DNA from: Macrostomum hystrix
Taxonomy: Eukaryota; Animalia; Platyhelminthes
Direction: 5' to 3'
NCBI GenBank assembly: GCA_950097015.1
Contig: CATNEN010000038.1
Span: 15,066,001 to 15,130,000, forward strand
DNA length: 64,000 nt
In this document: piece by piece, positions 1-12,200 of the stretch
Position numbering within the stretch: position 1 is the first letter of the stretch
How the letters are laid out: every line of letters begins with the position of its first letter
The notes under the pieces: generated by a model
Databases searched by the model: none
The model's input: only the letters and a program-made list of their open reading frames with translations
What the model was told of the DNA's origin: nothing
Program-made: the position numbers and the translations under genes

Positions 1-904
1 CTAGAAATCGACAATTTTTTATGTAAGTATGGCTAGTTATCTCGGAATAGGGATTTCTTGGAATGACACGTAGTTTCTAAGAATGTGGTGAGATTGATTA
101 GAATTTAGTTCTAGTCGATGCGGTGAGATATTTAGGAATCTAAATTGATTTCTTAGAATGCCGGAAAGATTTCTAGGAAAGTGTCAATTTTAAGGTGTTT
201 AGTTAGTTTTTCAAATACAACGCAAGCCATATTATGTAAATTTAATTACTTATATATGTGTAATTCGCAGAATCGATTGCTACATGTATTAAACGACAAT
301 TTATTTAGAATGCAAGTAAAAATAATTTAATTTTAGGTAATGGCTATAATATTTTTTAAATGGTTTAGTTGTAATTTTGTTAATTTAAACAAATTGATGT
401 TGCAGTCAGTAATGTTGCTGTTTTAATAATCTATTCAATGCTTTTTTGTAACTGTAATTCAACTTATTTTTGCAACTTTCGATGTTATATTTTTGTCTAT
501 TATTACAATTTGTGTTTGTCTGTTTATTCAATTTAGTTCTCATGGTCAAGCTCACACGATGCATAAAACGAGTAAAACTATTTTAATAAAATGTTTCAAG
601 TTCAAAACATAGCTGAAACTGCTGCCTTCCCTGAGGTCAGCCCGTCTGTGGCTGAGATGTGGCCGACGACAAAAAAAATTGACCGACGCTGTTGCTTAGC
701 TTCGACAGATTGAGTCGAATATTCTAGTTTGTCTCAATTTCGCTTTCGAAATGACAGCTTTTAAGTCCGTTTAAATTATTATATAAAATCGAGTTCACGC
801 TTACTATTAGTAGTTACAACATCCACAATCACAAAACATCCGCATCGTCGAGATATTCAACGATTCTCGTCGGGTGTCTGGTTGTCGCCACACACGCCCA
901 ACAC

Positions 905-1694
905 ACTAGAAATTCCTCGAGCGTTTTCCAGAATGAGGTCCTGGCCATCAGCTACTGCGCTGCGGAGCTGAACGAGAAAAACATCTCAGGCAGGACTATC
1001 ATCTTTCACTCGGACAGGCTGCTCTGCAAGCCCTCTGTCACACCACCACGACCTCCCGGACAGTCTCTGACTGTGTCCGGTAGCTTAACAACCTGGCCGG
1101 TAAGAATACCGTCAGACTCCATACCAGGGCATGCCGGTTTTCCTGGAAACGAGCTTGCTGACTCCCTGGCCAAGCAAGGAGGCGCTAGCTCTGCGCCGGG
1201 CCCCTGCCCCCCCGGTTCCAATTCCGAACACCGTCATCTATATTCAGATTAATGACTGGGCCGCCAACCTTCATCTTGCCCGGTGGAGAAGCGCCATTAA
1301 TTGCCGCCAATACAAAGCGGCAGTCTCAGTGCCATCCACTCGGCTCCGGAAGGTCCTCCTAAACCAGACCCGGAAGGACATCCGGGCCCTCACCATGACC
1401 CTCACGGGTTATGGATGCTACGCCAGGCACTGTTTCCTCCGAGGAGACTTCCGGAGTGAGCTGTGCCCGTTCTGCAACCTTAAGAACGAGGATGCCCTGC
1501 ACTTCGTCTGCCAATGCCCTTTCTTCACCAAAGAGAGGCTTAATCACCTCGGACCAAACCCATCCATGGATGACGTTTGCAGATCCGAGAACATCCCGCG
1601 GCTCGTCCGGTTCCTAAGGGCTACCAGACGAGCATCTTTCTTCCCTAGCGAAGAGCAAGCTGCAGCGTTGGGTGGTGACTGGCTGAGAGACTAG
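905..1694 (+). mobile_element. Degenerate 3' fragment of an RNase H-containing non-LTR retrotransposon (I/LOA-like)
   Basis: Frameshifted RNase H motifs (SVFQNEVLAI, IFHSD, IPGHAGFPGNELADSLAKQG) followed by the C-terminal LTG..C-x2-C..E...H..CxCP motif (CPFCNLKNEDALHFVCQCP). Confidence 0.75.
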
Positions 1695-2171
1695 ACCATG
1701 GTGTCCTGTTTTCGAGCTGCTCCTAGTATTTTAGCTTAATCAGTGAAATTTGAGAAAGTCGCGTCAGGATGTCCATTGTGGCCTAGTTCCACCTGTTGTT
1801 GCCCCTGTAGGTCCAGCAAATCCGTCTAGATAAAGGTAGGTGACCACCGAAGACGGAGATGATGCATGCACATTCGAGTGACATTCAGATAAATCTTCAA
1901 TGCCTTGCACCGCGCCTCAGTGCTGCCTTGCCAATTCGTGTATAGGGGTGAAGTCATATAGTCATGAAATACACTAGCTCTTATGGGAAAAATCGGACCT
2001 TCGGCCAGAAAAATTGAATATCTCGACGGTCTGAAGAGCTGGCGACTTGTTTCTTGTTTCAGAAGATGCGCAACAAAAAGTTGGCCCGTGTTCTTGAGTT
2101 TCGTGTGCTTGCATTGTTCCGTTCGGGTGCAGCAAAAAAGTGGTCCCCCTCCCTTGGTAGTTCTACTGTTA
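1650..2171. mobile_element. Partial copy of a non-autonomous TTAA-flanked DNA element (same family as 21424-22682 and 28872-29529)
   Basis: Shares about 500 bp with 22210-22680 and, inverted, with 28872-29270. Ends in cttggtagttctactg|ttaa. Confidence 0.7.
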
Positions 2172-2329
2172 AAGGGCGAAAAATTTTCATTCGGATGGTG
2201 GACTTTCACGAAAATCGGTCATTCGGTTTGGGAGCTATCGGGAAATAGGCAGTGGTTATTTGAAATACCTTGTGGTCTTTCTCGAGGTTGGAAACCGTGG
2301 TATTTCTACTCTAACCAATAAATGTGGTG

Positions 2330-2520
2330 TAGAACGCCTCACCCAGCCTCAATTACACGCTAGCTCATGCTCGTACCCATTTACCAGCTGGATGAACTGA
2401 AACAATTATGCAGAGTTAAGTTTCTCGCCAAAAGGACACAACTTGTTCCAGTTGCAGGTAAGGAATCGAACCCCGATCTTTCGAACTCGAAAGTCCGACT
2501 CTCTAACCAGTTGGCCGCAA
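2330..2520 (-). mobile_element. tRNA-derived SINE (family B)
   Basis: The minus strand has an A/B-box tRNA-like head (tggttagagagtcggac...gggttcgattcc) followed by a body related to 26562-26760. Confidence 0.6.
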
Positions 2521-2803
2521 CCCGAAATTGTAATATTTATTATTAGAATTTGCCTTGAAACGCGGTAAGCAGTCTCTCTGCCTCTAATCAACTCTCATAC
2601 CTCACTGTTCGAGTACATTGTTTGTGGCATTGACTATGGTGTGTAGCAAATTTAGCCTACTCATTTTCTGTCTGTCCTTCTCTTTCATTATTCTTTCCGC
2701 TGCAGATATAATATAGCTTCAAGAGAAGGTATTTTCGGCTTGTATTTTAAACTGCGGATGCGAAAATACTTAGCCGCTCGTAGAAGTGCGAGTTTTTTAA
2801 TTA

Positions 2804-5800
2804 ATGGTAAGAATTTTTTTGTGTCAATTTTTATCTATTTTTTTCAATCAGTCTTCTACGCTTAAAGCTGTAGGCTTTCGTTGCATTGCAGAAGTGGCAC
2901 GCCAAGGTACTTCTGCTTCTGCTCTGTTCCCATGCGGTTCAGATGCTTAATCATGGCAATTACAGGGGGGAGTCAAACACTGGAGCAGCAATTGGAATCG
3001 ACTTTGGTGCAGCTCATGTCAGGTGGGTTCAGTGTTATTTTATTTATATTAGTAATATTATATGAATATGAATAGAATATGAATATGAATATGAATATGA
3101 ATAGACAGTTCATTGTCAACTGGGGGATCATTGTCAACTGGGGGATCATTGTCAACTGGGGGATCATTGTCAACTGGGGGATCATTGTCAACTGGGGTAT
3201 CATTGTCAACTGGGGGATCATTGTCAACTGGGGGATCATTGTCAACTGGGGTATCATTGTCAACTGGGGGATCATTGTCAACTAGGGTATCATTGTCAAC
3301 TGGGGTATCATTGTCAACTGGGGGATCATTGTCAACTAGGGTATCATTGTCAACTGGGGGATCATTTTCAACTGGGGGATCATTTTCAACTGGGGTATCA
3401 TTGTCAACTGGGGTATCATTGTCAACTGGGGTATCATTGTCAACTGGGGGATCATTGTCAACTGGGGTATCATTGTCAACTGGGGGATCATTGTCAACTC
3501 GGGGATCATTGTCAACTGGGGGATCATTGTCAACTGGGGGATCATTGTCAACTGGGTGATCATTGTAGCCTAGAAAAGCTGAAAATACAGCTGCTAAAAA
3601 GTATATACAAGACGAATTAAAAATATTTCTGCTCCCCGAAGGGGGGCAAAACATGCTAGTAATAATTCTAAAGACGACGGGAGTGGATGTTGGAAAAGGT
3701 CCATGGGCTCGAAACTCGATGGCCGCATCTGGCCTCGGGCCGGAGGTTTCCGACCTCTGATCTGACTTATCGTCTAAAAATTATAGCGAAATTCGTGCAA
3801 AACACTTTAGAGCCGCCGTATTCAGAGATGGCCGGCACAAGGTGCTAAAAAACGAACAGGGAAGCGAACTGACGCCAGCATTCGTTGCATTCACGCCCGA
3901 CGGACATAGGCTCATTGGAGACGAAGCCAAGAGCCAATTGGTGTCGAATCCGAAGAACACCGTGTTTTCTCTGTTCCCAATTCTGGGCGGGCGCAATTTC
4001 GACGATGAAGCGGTGCAGAATCACACGGAGTCCGTGCCCTACTCCATATTCAGCAGTCGCCAGAAGGCTACAGTTGATATTAAATTTGGTGGACGAACCG
4101 AATCATTCTCCACTGAAGAGTTAGTTGCGATGCTGCTCTCCAAGATGAAAGAGATCGCCGAGAAGTATCTAAACGAACAGGCGAGCAGCGCGATCATCAG
4201 CGTCAGCAGCTGCCTCACCTACTCGCAGCGAAGAGCAATGCGAGATGCCGGTAAAATTTGCGGATTCCAAGAGGTGCACATCGTCAACGCTCACATGACT
4301 ACCGCGCTGGCTTACCTGCTTAACGTTGAAATGTTCATCCCGAAGCGCGTCCTGATTGTTGACGCCGGTGCGGCTTCTCTGGGCGTGGCCGTTGTGTCCA
4401 TTGGCAACGGAGCAATCAGGACGTTGGCACAGGACTGCTCAGGCAGCATTGGTGGGGAAATATTTCAGCAGCGCATCTCCAGTTACTTGGAAAGACTGTA
4501 CGAGACTAAGAATGGCCGTAGTATGGCTCTGAGACTGCGCCGAAATCCTAAGGCGCAGCAGAAGCTTCGCAGAGAGGCTGAAAAAGCTGTCAGAACTCTG
4601 TCGTCCAAGGATTTTTCCGATATTGACGTCGACGCCTTATTAAACTGTGCAGATTTTTCCGAGGTGCTGATGCAATCTCGGTTTGAAGAGCTGAACCTGG
4701 ATCTGCTGAAGAGCTCCGTTGATCTTGCTGAACAGGTGGTGAACAGAGCTGGCCCGAAAGCAAAACAAATTGACGACATCTTGCTAGTCGGAGGAAGCAG
4801 CAGGATTCCCATGCTGCGAACTTTGATTCAAAACGCTTTCTATGATATACAGCTAAGCGAAGTGGTCGATCCGGACACGTCATCGGCTATTGGAGCAGCC
4901 GTCTGGGCTGGCAGCTTGGGCGGACGAGCGTTCGACGACGGCATCATCGGAGCGTTCAAACCGGGCCTGTTGTCCTCTGGCAATTTTGCCCTGGTCGACA
5001 GCACATCAAACTGCCTGGGCTACCAGGCAAAAAAATACTATTTTAGCAAGGTTATTTCGCAGAATGATCCGCTTCCGGCTACATCAGAGGTAAAAGTTTC
5101 TCTGCCAGATATTGACGATGACAAGGTGAGCGAAGCCACCCTCGCGGTGTTAGAGGGCGAACAGCTCTTTGCGTTGAACAAGAATCACCTTGGATCCGTC
5201 AGTTTGTACTTTCAGTCGACCACGTTTCCTGCCCTATGGGCCAACTTCACGGTCAACAACGAGCATGTAGTTAAGGTACGTTGGTAACTTAAAAACGTGT
5301 TTGATTATGCAGATACTAATCAGTCTATTACCCCCATTTGACTATTAATAACTAAACTATGCAAAGCAAGTCAAGCAGTACAATTTTCTTTGAGCTAGTT
5401 CTTCAATCCATCTAAAATATGTTATGGCTTCAGAACCTCAATTGACAACTTCATAATCCAAACTTTTGACTGAAGTCCAAATCACTTGGGCATGTAACTT
5501 ATATATACTCGTATGTAAAAATATTTTCGTATTAGTGGTAGTTCAGCTGGGTGAACTGAAGCAGTGCAGATTTAAGTGGCTTGCTAAAGGATACTAATTG
5601 TTACGGTGCATTACCACACTACAATACGGTAGCGAGGTCCTTGTCTTCTATCGACTTTTCGAACCAAATTTTAGGTCTCGCTTCGAGAAATGAAGGCTGG
5701 CACAATAAATTCAGCAATCTTTGATCATCGATTGGAGCTCAAAGAGATAAGGCGAATGAGCAACCGTTTGCAGGCATTCACGGACAGCGATCGATGGGAG

Positions 5801-6037
5801 GCCAAGCGAATGGAGGCCAGGGACGATCTGGAATCATTGGCCTATCGAATGCGGCAAAGGCTGGACGAGGACACGCCAGCTGATAGTGGCAGTAGCGAGG
5901 TGGAATGGACTAGGGCGCAGCGGGCGGCTCAACGAGCAATCGACTGGTTGGATATGCACGGATCCGACGCTGATGCGGGCGAGTTCATTCAGAGGAAACG
6001 GGAACTAGGGCTTGCTGGACAAAAGACTGAGCTGTAG
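2804..6037 (+). CDS. Divergent ER Hsp70 (BiP/GRP78-like paralog), about 659 aa; exons 2804-2806, 2874-3022, 3811-5275, 5675-6037
   Basis: GT-AG splicing gives a continuous frame: signal-peptide-like KVLLLLLCSHA, IGIDFG, TPAFVAF, LLVGGSSRIP, VLEGE, and a KDEL-like C-terminal KTEL*. The 3-nt first exon is the least certain part. Confidence 0.85.
3108..3563. repeat. 18-bp minisatellite (tcattgtcaactggggga) in the Hsp70 intron
   Basis: About 25 near-identical tandem units. Confidence 0.95.
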
Positions 6038-7720
6038 CTTCTCTGTAGCCGAATAATTGAATGGGATTCTAACAATCTGAGTAATCTAATAGTATAGTTA
6101 CCTAAAAAGGTCACAATTCTCGTATTATAAATTATTTTGAAAAAAATTTTCAGATTTTTTTCTGATAGCTCAAGCTGTACCTGAACTATTAATAACTTTC
6201 CCAAGTTCTATTTCCGCCACTTTTTCAGCCACTCCACACCCACCATAGATTATTTGCTTTGTGTGCCTCATTTATACCTTTAATTTATTTCAGTATAATG
6301 AACAGTTTTACGTACTCCAGAAGCATTCTAAGGTAAAACTACATATATTTCACTATAGTATTTTTAACTATAAACATTACAATTGCTGATTCGAAGCATG
6401 CTATAAGTGACGATTAGAACATTTTTTAATAAATTTGTTTTATGTAGCTACGTGCACACAACAATGTAAACCAAGACGAAAGCCTCTCTAAAGCAGAAGA
6501 GAAAAGCACCAGATAAAACAACAAAGCGAAAAGCAAAGAAAATCACCAGTGTCAGACAGCGTGCTTGCAAGACAAGACAAGGTGCAAGCAAGGCTTGCCT
6601 TGACCCGGGATAGCAAAGATCGGCAATTCCACTGGGGCTTAGGGATCGCTTGGACGCGCAACTCCCCCGTTCATCCGCGGGTGGAGCTTTCACTTTCAAC
6701 ACCAAGGAGCTTTCAGCGATAGTTGCGACGCTACGAGTTTTTAATAAATGCAGAAAGAATAATTATACGAGCGCGTAGGTTTTGATTTTGATGAACCAAT
6801 GATTTCAAATTTTATAAACGTCAAGCTGAATTGATTGAATTCAATGAAACCAAAATATCAGAGTCACAAAGAAATTTTTTTATTAATATTTAATTTTCCT
6901 GCCTGCTTTAGCTAATACAACAAACGTTTTTTAGCATTAAGGCACTTGTTTTAAATTAGTTTCTTAGAAACTAGAAAAAAAACATAAAATTTAACATTCA
7001 AACATTTTTTCTGAAATCGTGTCGTAGGGCCTCTCTCCTCTTGGATTTTACCACCGATACTCTTTTATTAATATTAAAAATTGCTTATTTCGCACCTTGA
7101 ATTAACCTTTGAAATAACTCTTAGATTCCTTTGTCAATGACTTAATTAAACTTCATAGGCTGGCTATGTACCTTTTTATTTCATATGCATATATTGCTTC
7201 AATTGGCCAGATAGGCTGCTTTCCTTCCAAAATTTGGTAGCGTTCGCACGAGTGTCCGAGCGGCAAGACACTTCTTCCTCTCCTTACTTACTCATAAACT
7301 ATCTGACTTTCTGGTTTGTTCCCAGTCTTCAAGGCTTCCAAATAGACTGAAGTTGCCCAACTTTGCACAGTGCTATTTCACTAATCGGGATTTTACCCTC
7401 TGCTCTTTAGTTTTACACTCTACTACTGCTTTTTATAACTATCTCCTTCTTTATTCTTTCGAATATTCACCGACTTGTGTATTATCACAGACCTGCTTTT
7501 CTCCTTCTCTCTAAAATAATTGAATTCAAACACTTTGAGATTTATTCTCCTTTGTTTTACTCAGAACTGGGCACGGGGCACCGGTTGGAGTTGTTGGGCT
7601 AAACTGCGGTTGTATTTATAGCAATATTTGAGGCGGGTGGTGAAGCACATTAAAACAAAATATAAAATCGGGGAAAAGCATTTGGCGGGAATTCAAGTTA
7701 TAAATCTACGGCAAATTTGG

Positions 7721-8038
7721 TGTGACGAATAGAGGTTAGTGTAGCGGTAATATCGTCGAATTATATTTGATATCAATAAGTGTGTATATATATATTTCCA
7801 AAGTAATATTGATGCTCACACGCTCGACACAAGGCACGGTAGAGCAGAAAAATATACATACGTTGCTTTTTAAAAAGGACAGCTAATTCTTAGAATGATA
7901 CAATATAACAATAATTAGTAAACATGCTTAGCATATAAATAATAATCTTGTCAGCAACTTGTAATGTAGCGAATTACTATAAAATAAAGAAGCAATTAAA
8001 CTACCAATTAAACTACAATTAAAGGTTACACCGTCACA
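7721..8038 (-). repeat. 3' LTR
   Basis: Direct repeat of 16058-16375, with tgtgacg...cgtcaca termini and an adjacent polypurine tract. Confidence 0.95.
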
Positions 8039-8459
8039 CCCGCCTCCCTCCCCAAAAGGCGGTAGGTGAGCGCAAAAAAGATCGAAAGCATCAAATTACG
8101 ATAAATAGCTAGTATAAATGTCTCTTAGAGTCGAACAACGTGAAAGGGTGTTTAAAAACCGAAGCAAACTAAATTTTTCTTCGCAAGCAACCTACTACGA
8201 GTAATAATGCTGGAAATGACAATCGAAATACGAATATTCTTGGTCACAAAATTGGCACGAAAAATATTTGACTGATTTAGGAAATTAAAATGCACTGGCG
8301 GAAACACGATATGAGAAAAATATTGTATTAGAGATATTCGTTAGAAGAACTGTTATAGTATTGATTATAGTCCAAGTTATCATATAAAAAATTCCTGACT
8401 AGATCGCTGTACGGTGTGATGCTCTACAAGTCATTTACGGAGTTCGAGGCAACGTCACG

Positions 8460-8805
8460 GTCGCGCCTGTGGTGGCCCTGGAACGCCTGTTGTGGCCTTG
8501 ATCGCCTGTGGTGGCCCTGGAACGCCTGTTGTGGTCTTGATCGCCTGTGGTGGCCCTGGAACGCCTGTTGTGGTCTTGATCGCCTGTGGTGGCTCTGGAA
8601 CGCCTGTTGTGGCCTTGATCGCCTGTGGTGGCCCTGAAACGCCTGTTGTGGTCTTGATCGCCTGTGGTGGCTCTGGAACGCCTGTTGTGGCCTTGATCGC
8701 CTGTGGTGGCCCTGGAACGCCTGTTGTGGTCTTGATCGCCTGTGGTGGCTCTGGAACGCCTGTTGTGGCCTTGATCGCCTGTGACGGCCCTGGAACGCCT
8801 GTTGT
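8460..8805. repeat. 39-bp tandem repeat in the retrotransposon 3' untranslated region
   Basis: About 9 units of gatcgcctgtggtggccctggaacgcctgttgtggcctt. Confidence 0.9.
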
Positions 8806-9296
8806 GCTGCAGCCACCGACGTCTTGGCAGCTGGCGGCGACTGGCCTGCCCGCCCCTTTACTAACTAACTGAGCCACCCGCCCGAGAAGAGAAGGAAAGG
8901 AGAGAGAAGAAAAACCGGCGACCTAAACTCACGAGACCGCGAAAATGATGCCAGGAACCAGAGAAATGAACGGAGAGTGCTCGCTGCACCGTCAACCCTA
9001 CAGCCCGAAGCGCAGGCATCCACTGAACAGTAAGTGCGGCAAGCGGACGGACTAACAGCAACCTGGTATCCGATACCAAGAAATAAATATAATGTCAAAT
9101 TTTAGTTTCTTTAACTTGCTTTTTTTATTTTTATTTTAATTTTCAGGAAAACGTTTTTCCTTTTTTTTGACGTTTTTTCACATTTTTCATTTAAAAAGAG
9201 TTCCCTAGTTTTATACAGTAAGAACTTGGGACGTAGGCGGCGAAATCTTTGCTACATGTACGAGCTAACTTCCTAGGTGCACGTAGGCACGGTTAT

Positions 9297-12200
9297 CTAA
9301 CGTCTAGTACAAAATCGCACCACTCTGCTTAGAAAACGTTGAGGCTTGCGCACCTGACGACCGGAACGGGTCGTCATGACCGGAGAAAGTGTGGAACCAG
9401 CACTTGCCGGTTCACTTGGTGCCACCAAGTCCTCAGCTTGTTGACCTGCGCCGGAACTTTCCACGGCGTCTTCATTTAATGACGCCCCAGGCCTGGTGTC
9501 ACCTAAGCCTTTCGAGCTTATACTTTCGTTTACTGCTGCAATGGTACTGTTGGAGTGAATCACCTGGGGTTCAAACCCCTGTTCAGCTAGGATTTGCACC
9601 TCCGCTCCCACCTCAGGTACTTCATCCGGCCGCATCACTACAAGAGAAGTTTCCAAGGCTTCTGGCGGCGAATCCGGAGGCAAGGTGCGTCGTGAGTCAG
9701 GCGAAGTCACACGCGGTGGGTCAGTCGGCAAGATGTGTTGTGGTTCAGGCGACGATGCGCGCCGTGGCTCAGGCGGCTCGGTGCGTGCTGACACAACCGA
9801 CACCGCAGCGTAAGATGGACATCGGACTTCGTCCTCTGAGGAGTACGAAATTTCACTGGCGCGTTTTTCGCATGGGTGATACTCTTCTGACTCGCTGGTC
9901 GTTCCTGGACTAGGGTCAGCTCGACCCACTGACTGATCATCTAACAGGCCCAACCGCGATGGTGGGATCATGGCTGGAACCCTCAGTCCAAATCTGTCCA
10001 CAACGTCCTGATACGTCTGTTTACGAATGCAGCGCTTAATGCGGTCTACATTGTAAATGTTGTGATTCGGATTCGGGGCTTGACAAAGTGGGTTAACCCG
10101 AGCGAACTCGGGTATGAGGCGGTAGTTTCGCTCGGAAATCTTTTGAACCACCTTGTACGGCCCCAGCCACACAGCCGTGTCCAATCCTCGATGGTCAGGA
10201 TTCAGAACCCAGACAAGTTCGCCGATTTCGAAGTTAGAATGGATGGCGTTGCGGTCATAATTCCGTTTTTGCCTTTGCTGGGCTTTGCCTCGCACCTGAC
10301 GAGCAATTGCAGACACCTCCACCAAGAGTTTGTGAAGCCTGTGGGCGTAGGAGTCTGGATTATACCGGTCTTGTCTTGGAGGGTTGAACTTTAGATCCAG
10401 TGGCAGGGTGAGCTCGCGGCCAAAGAAGAGCCTGGCTGGAGTCCATCCTGTTGATTCGGCCGTGGTGCTTCTGATAGAGAGGCCTACTAGCTGGGCTGCA
10501 AACGGCCAGTTTATTCTTTTTTCAAGGCAAACAGCGCGGATCTGGGCTTTGATCGTCTGCACTGTTCGCTCCGCTTTGCCGTTTGCCTGTGGTCTGCGCG
10601 CGGTGATTCGCGATAGGTCTACTTCTAGTAGACGGGCGAGTTCGGCAATGGTCTTGTTTACAAACGCTGTTCCATTATCTGAAATCAAGCTCTCCATGGC
10701 ACCATAGCGGACAACCCACTCAGTTAGAATGGCTGTAGCCGTTGTTTCGGCAGACACGTCAGAGACAGGTATGATCTCCACAAATCCTGAAAAATTGTCG
10801 ACTAAGATTAGCAGGTACCGACTGCCGTCTAGTTCAGGGAATGGACCGGCGTGGTCTGCATGTACGATTTGATTCGGGTATCCTGATTGGATTGGTTTCA
10901 GAGGTTCTTTATTCAAGCGTTTGCTTTTCTTCGTCCGACTACAGATCTCGCACTCCGCTATTACACCTTTGACAAACACTTCCAGGTTTGTGATTTGAAA
11001 CCTCTGCTTCAATGCTCGGACTGTTTTACCAGTTCCACAGTGGTTGATTTCCCTGTGATAGCAGGACACTAGCTCGTCGATATCCGCAGTTTCAGGTATA
11101 ATGACGAGACGTTTGGCTATTTGACCTTGCTTGGCGGGCTTGATGCGAATCAACAGACCGTCCACAACCTCAAGCTCGTCAAACATGGCCCACAACGTTC
11201 GGATTTCACGACTACAGTCCTGAACTTCCTCTTTCTTTAGCTTCGGAGATTTCCCTGCAACAGCTTCGATGAGCCTGACTAGGTCCGTGCTAGACTCTTG
11301 TGCATCTCTGGCCCAAATGTTCTCAGCTTCCTGAGACATCTCATCTTCGTCTGAGTCTTCTTCCAATTGTTCTACTTGACCTGCCCGAGACGCGTGTTGG
11401 CCTTGATTGAATCCGATCTCACCTGACATCTGAGATATGGGAGCAAGCGCAAACTGATTTTCTGACACCTCATTGGGTTGGTAAGATAGTACGGTTGCAG
11501 ATGATGGTAATGTGCATGTACTGTCCTGTTGTACAGGGATGTGTGATGTTCGACTGATTACATTTGGTTGCTCCGTTTGCGTTTCTGTTGTCATCATTTC
11601 TGCGTCGGCTTCATGTCTATCTCTGGCCGTCACTTCAGTTTTAGTGACTACAGAGTCGCTACCTGACTGAGGTTGTGTCTTGCAGAGTTCTGGTGGTGGT
11701 TCTGTTTGACTGGAAGTGTCTGTTCGTGTGGCTCTCAGTTGTACTGGTACCTGGACGAACTCTTGATCCTTCTGGTTTTCTTGTCCTTCTAAGCTTCTAA
11801 ACTTCTCATTGAAAGCTTCGATCTGGCTACATGTAGGACAGTCGTGATGGTCAGCCCTAAATCTTGGATTACGACTGAGCACATCTGCGTTGACATGCTT
11901 GACTCCTGCACGATGCTCAACAGAGAAGTCATATTCAGCCAGCCGCTCTAGGGGTGTTTGACTCACGCTGAAGTCATACACCTCGATCGTAGCTAGCCAT
12001 TGTGCTAGCATACCTGTGGAATGCTTCTTAGTGTGTAGCCATTGTAGGGCGGCTGCGTCTGAGCGCACAAGAAACTTGCGGTCCAGCAGATATGTTCGAA
12101 AATGTTCCAGCATGATGACAAGTCCAAGTAATTCACGCATCGTGGCGCAGTAATTCCTCTGCGATTGTGTGAATTTTTTCGAAGCATACGCAACGACGTG

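Noticed and set aside
1700-2171. Initially read as the 3' UTR of the adjacent LINE fragment
   Set aside because: The homologous copy at 21424-22682 has TIRs and a TTAA duplication, so it is a separate DNA element.
6240-7716. Possible gene or element between the Hsp70 gene and the LTR
   Set aside because: No convincing ORF, terminal repeats or motif could be identified by eye.
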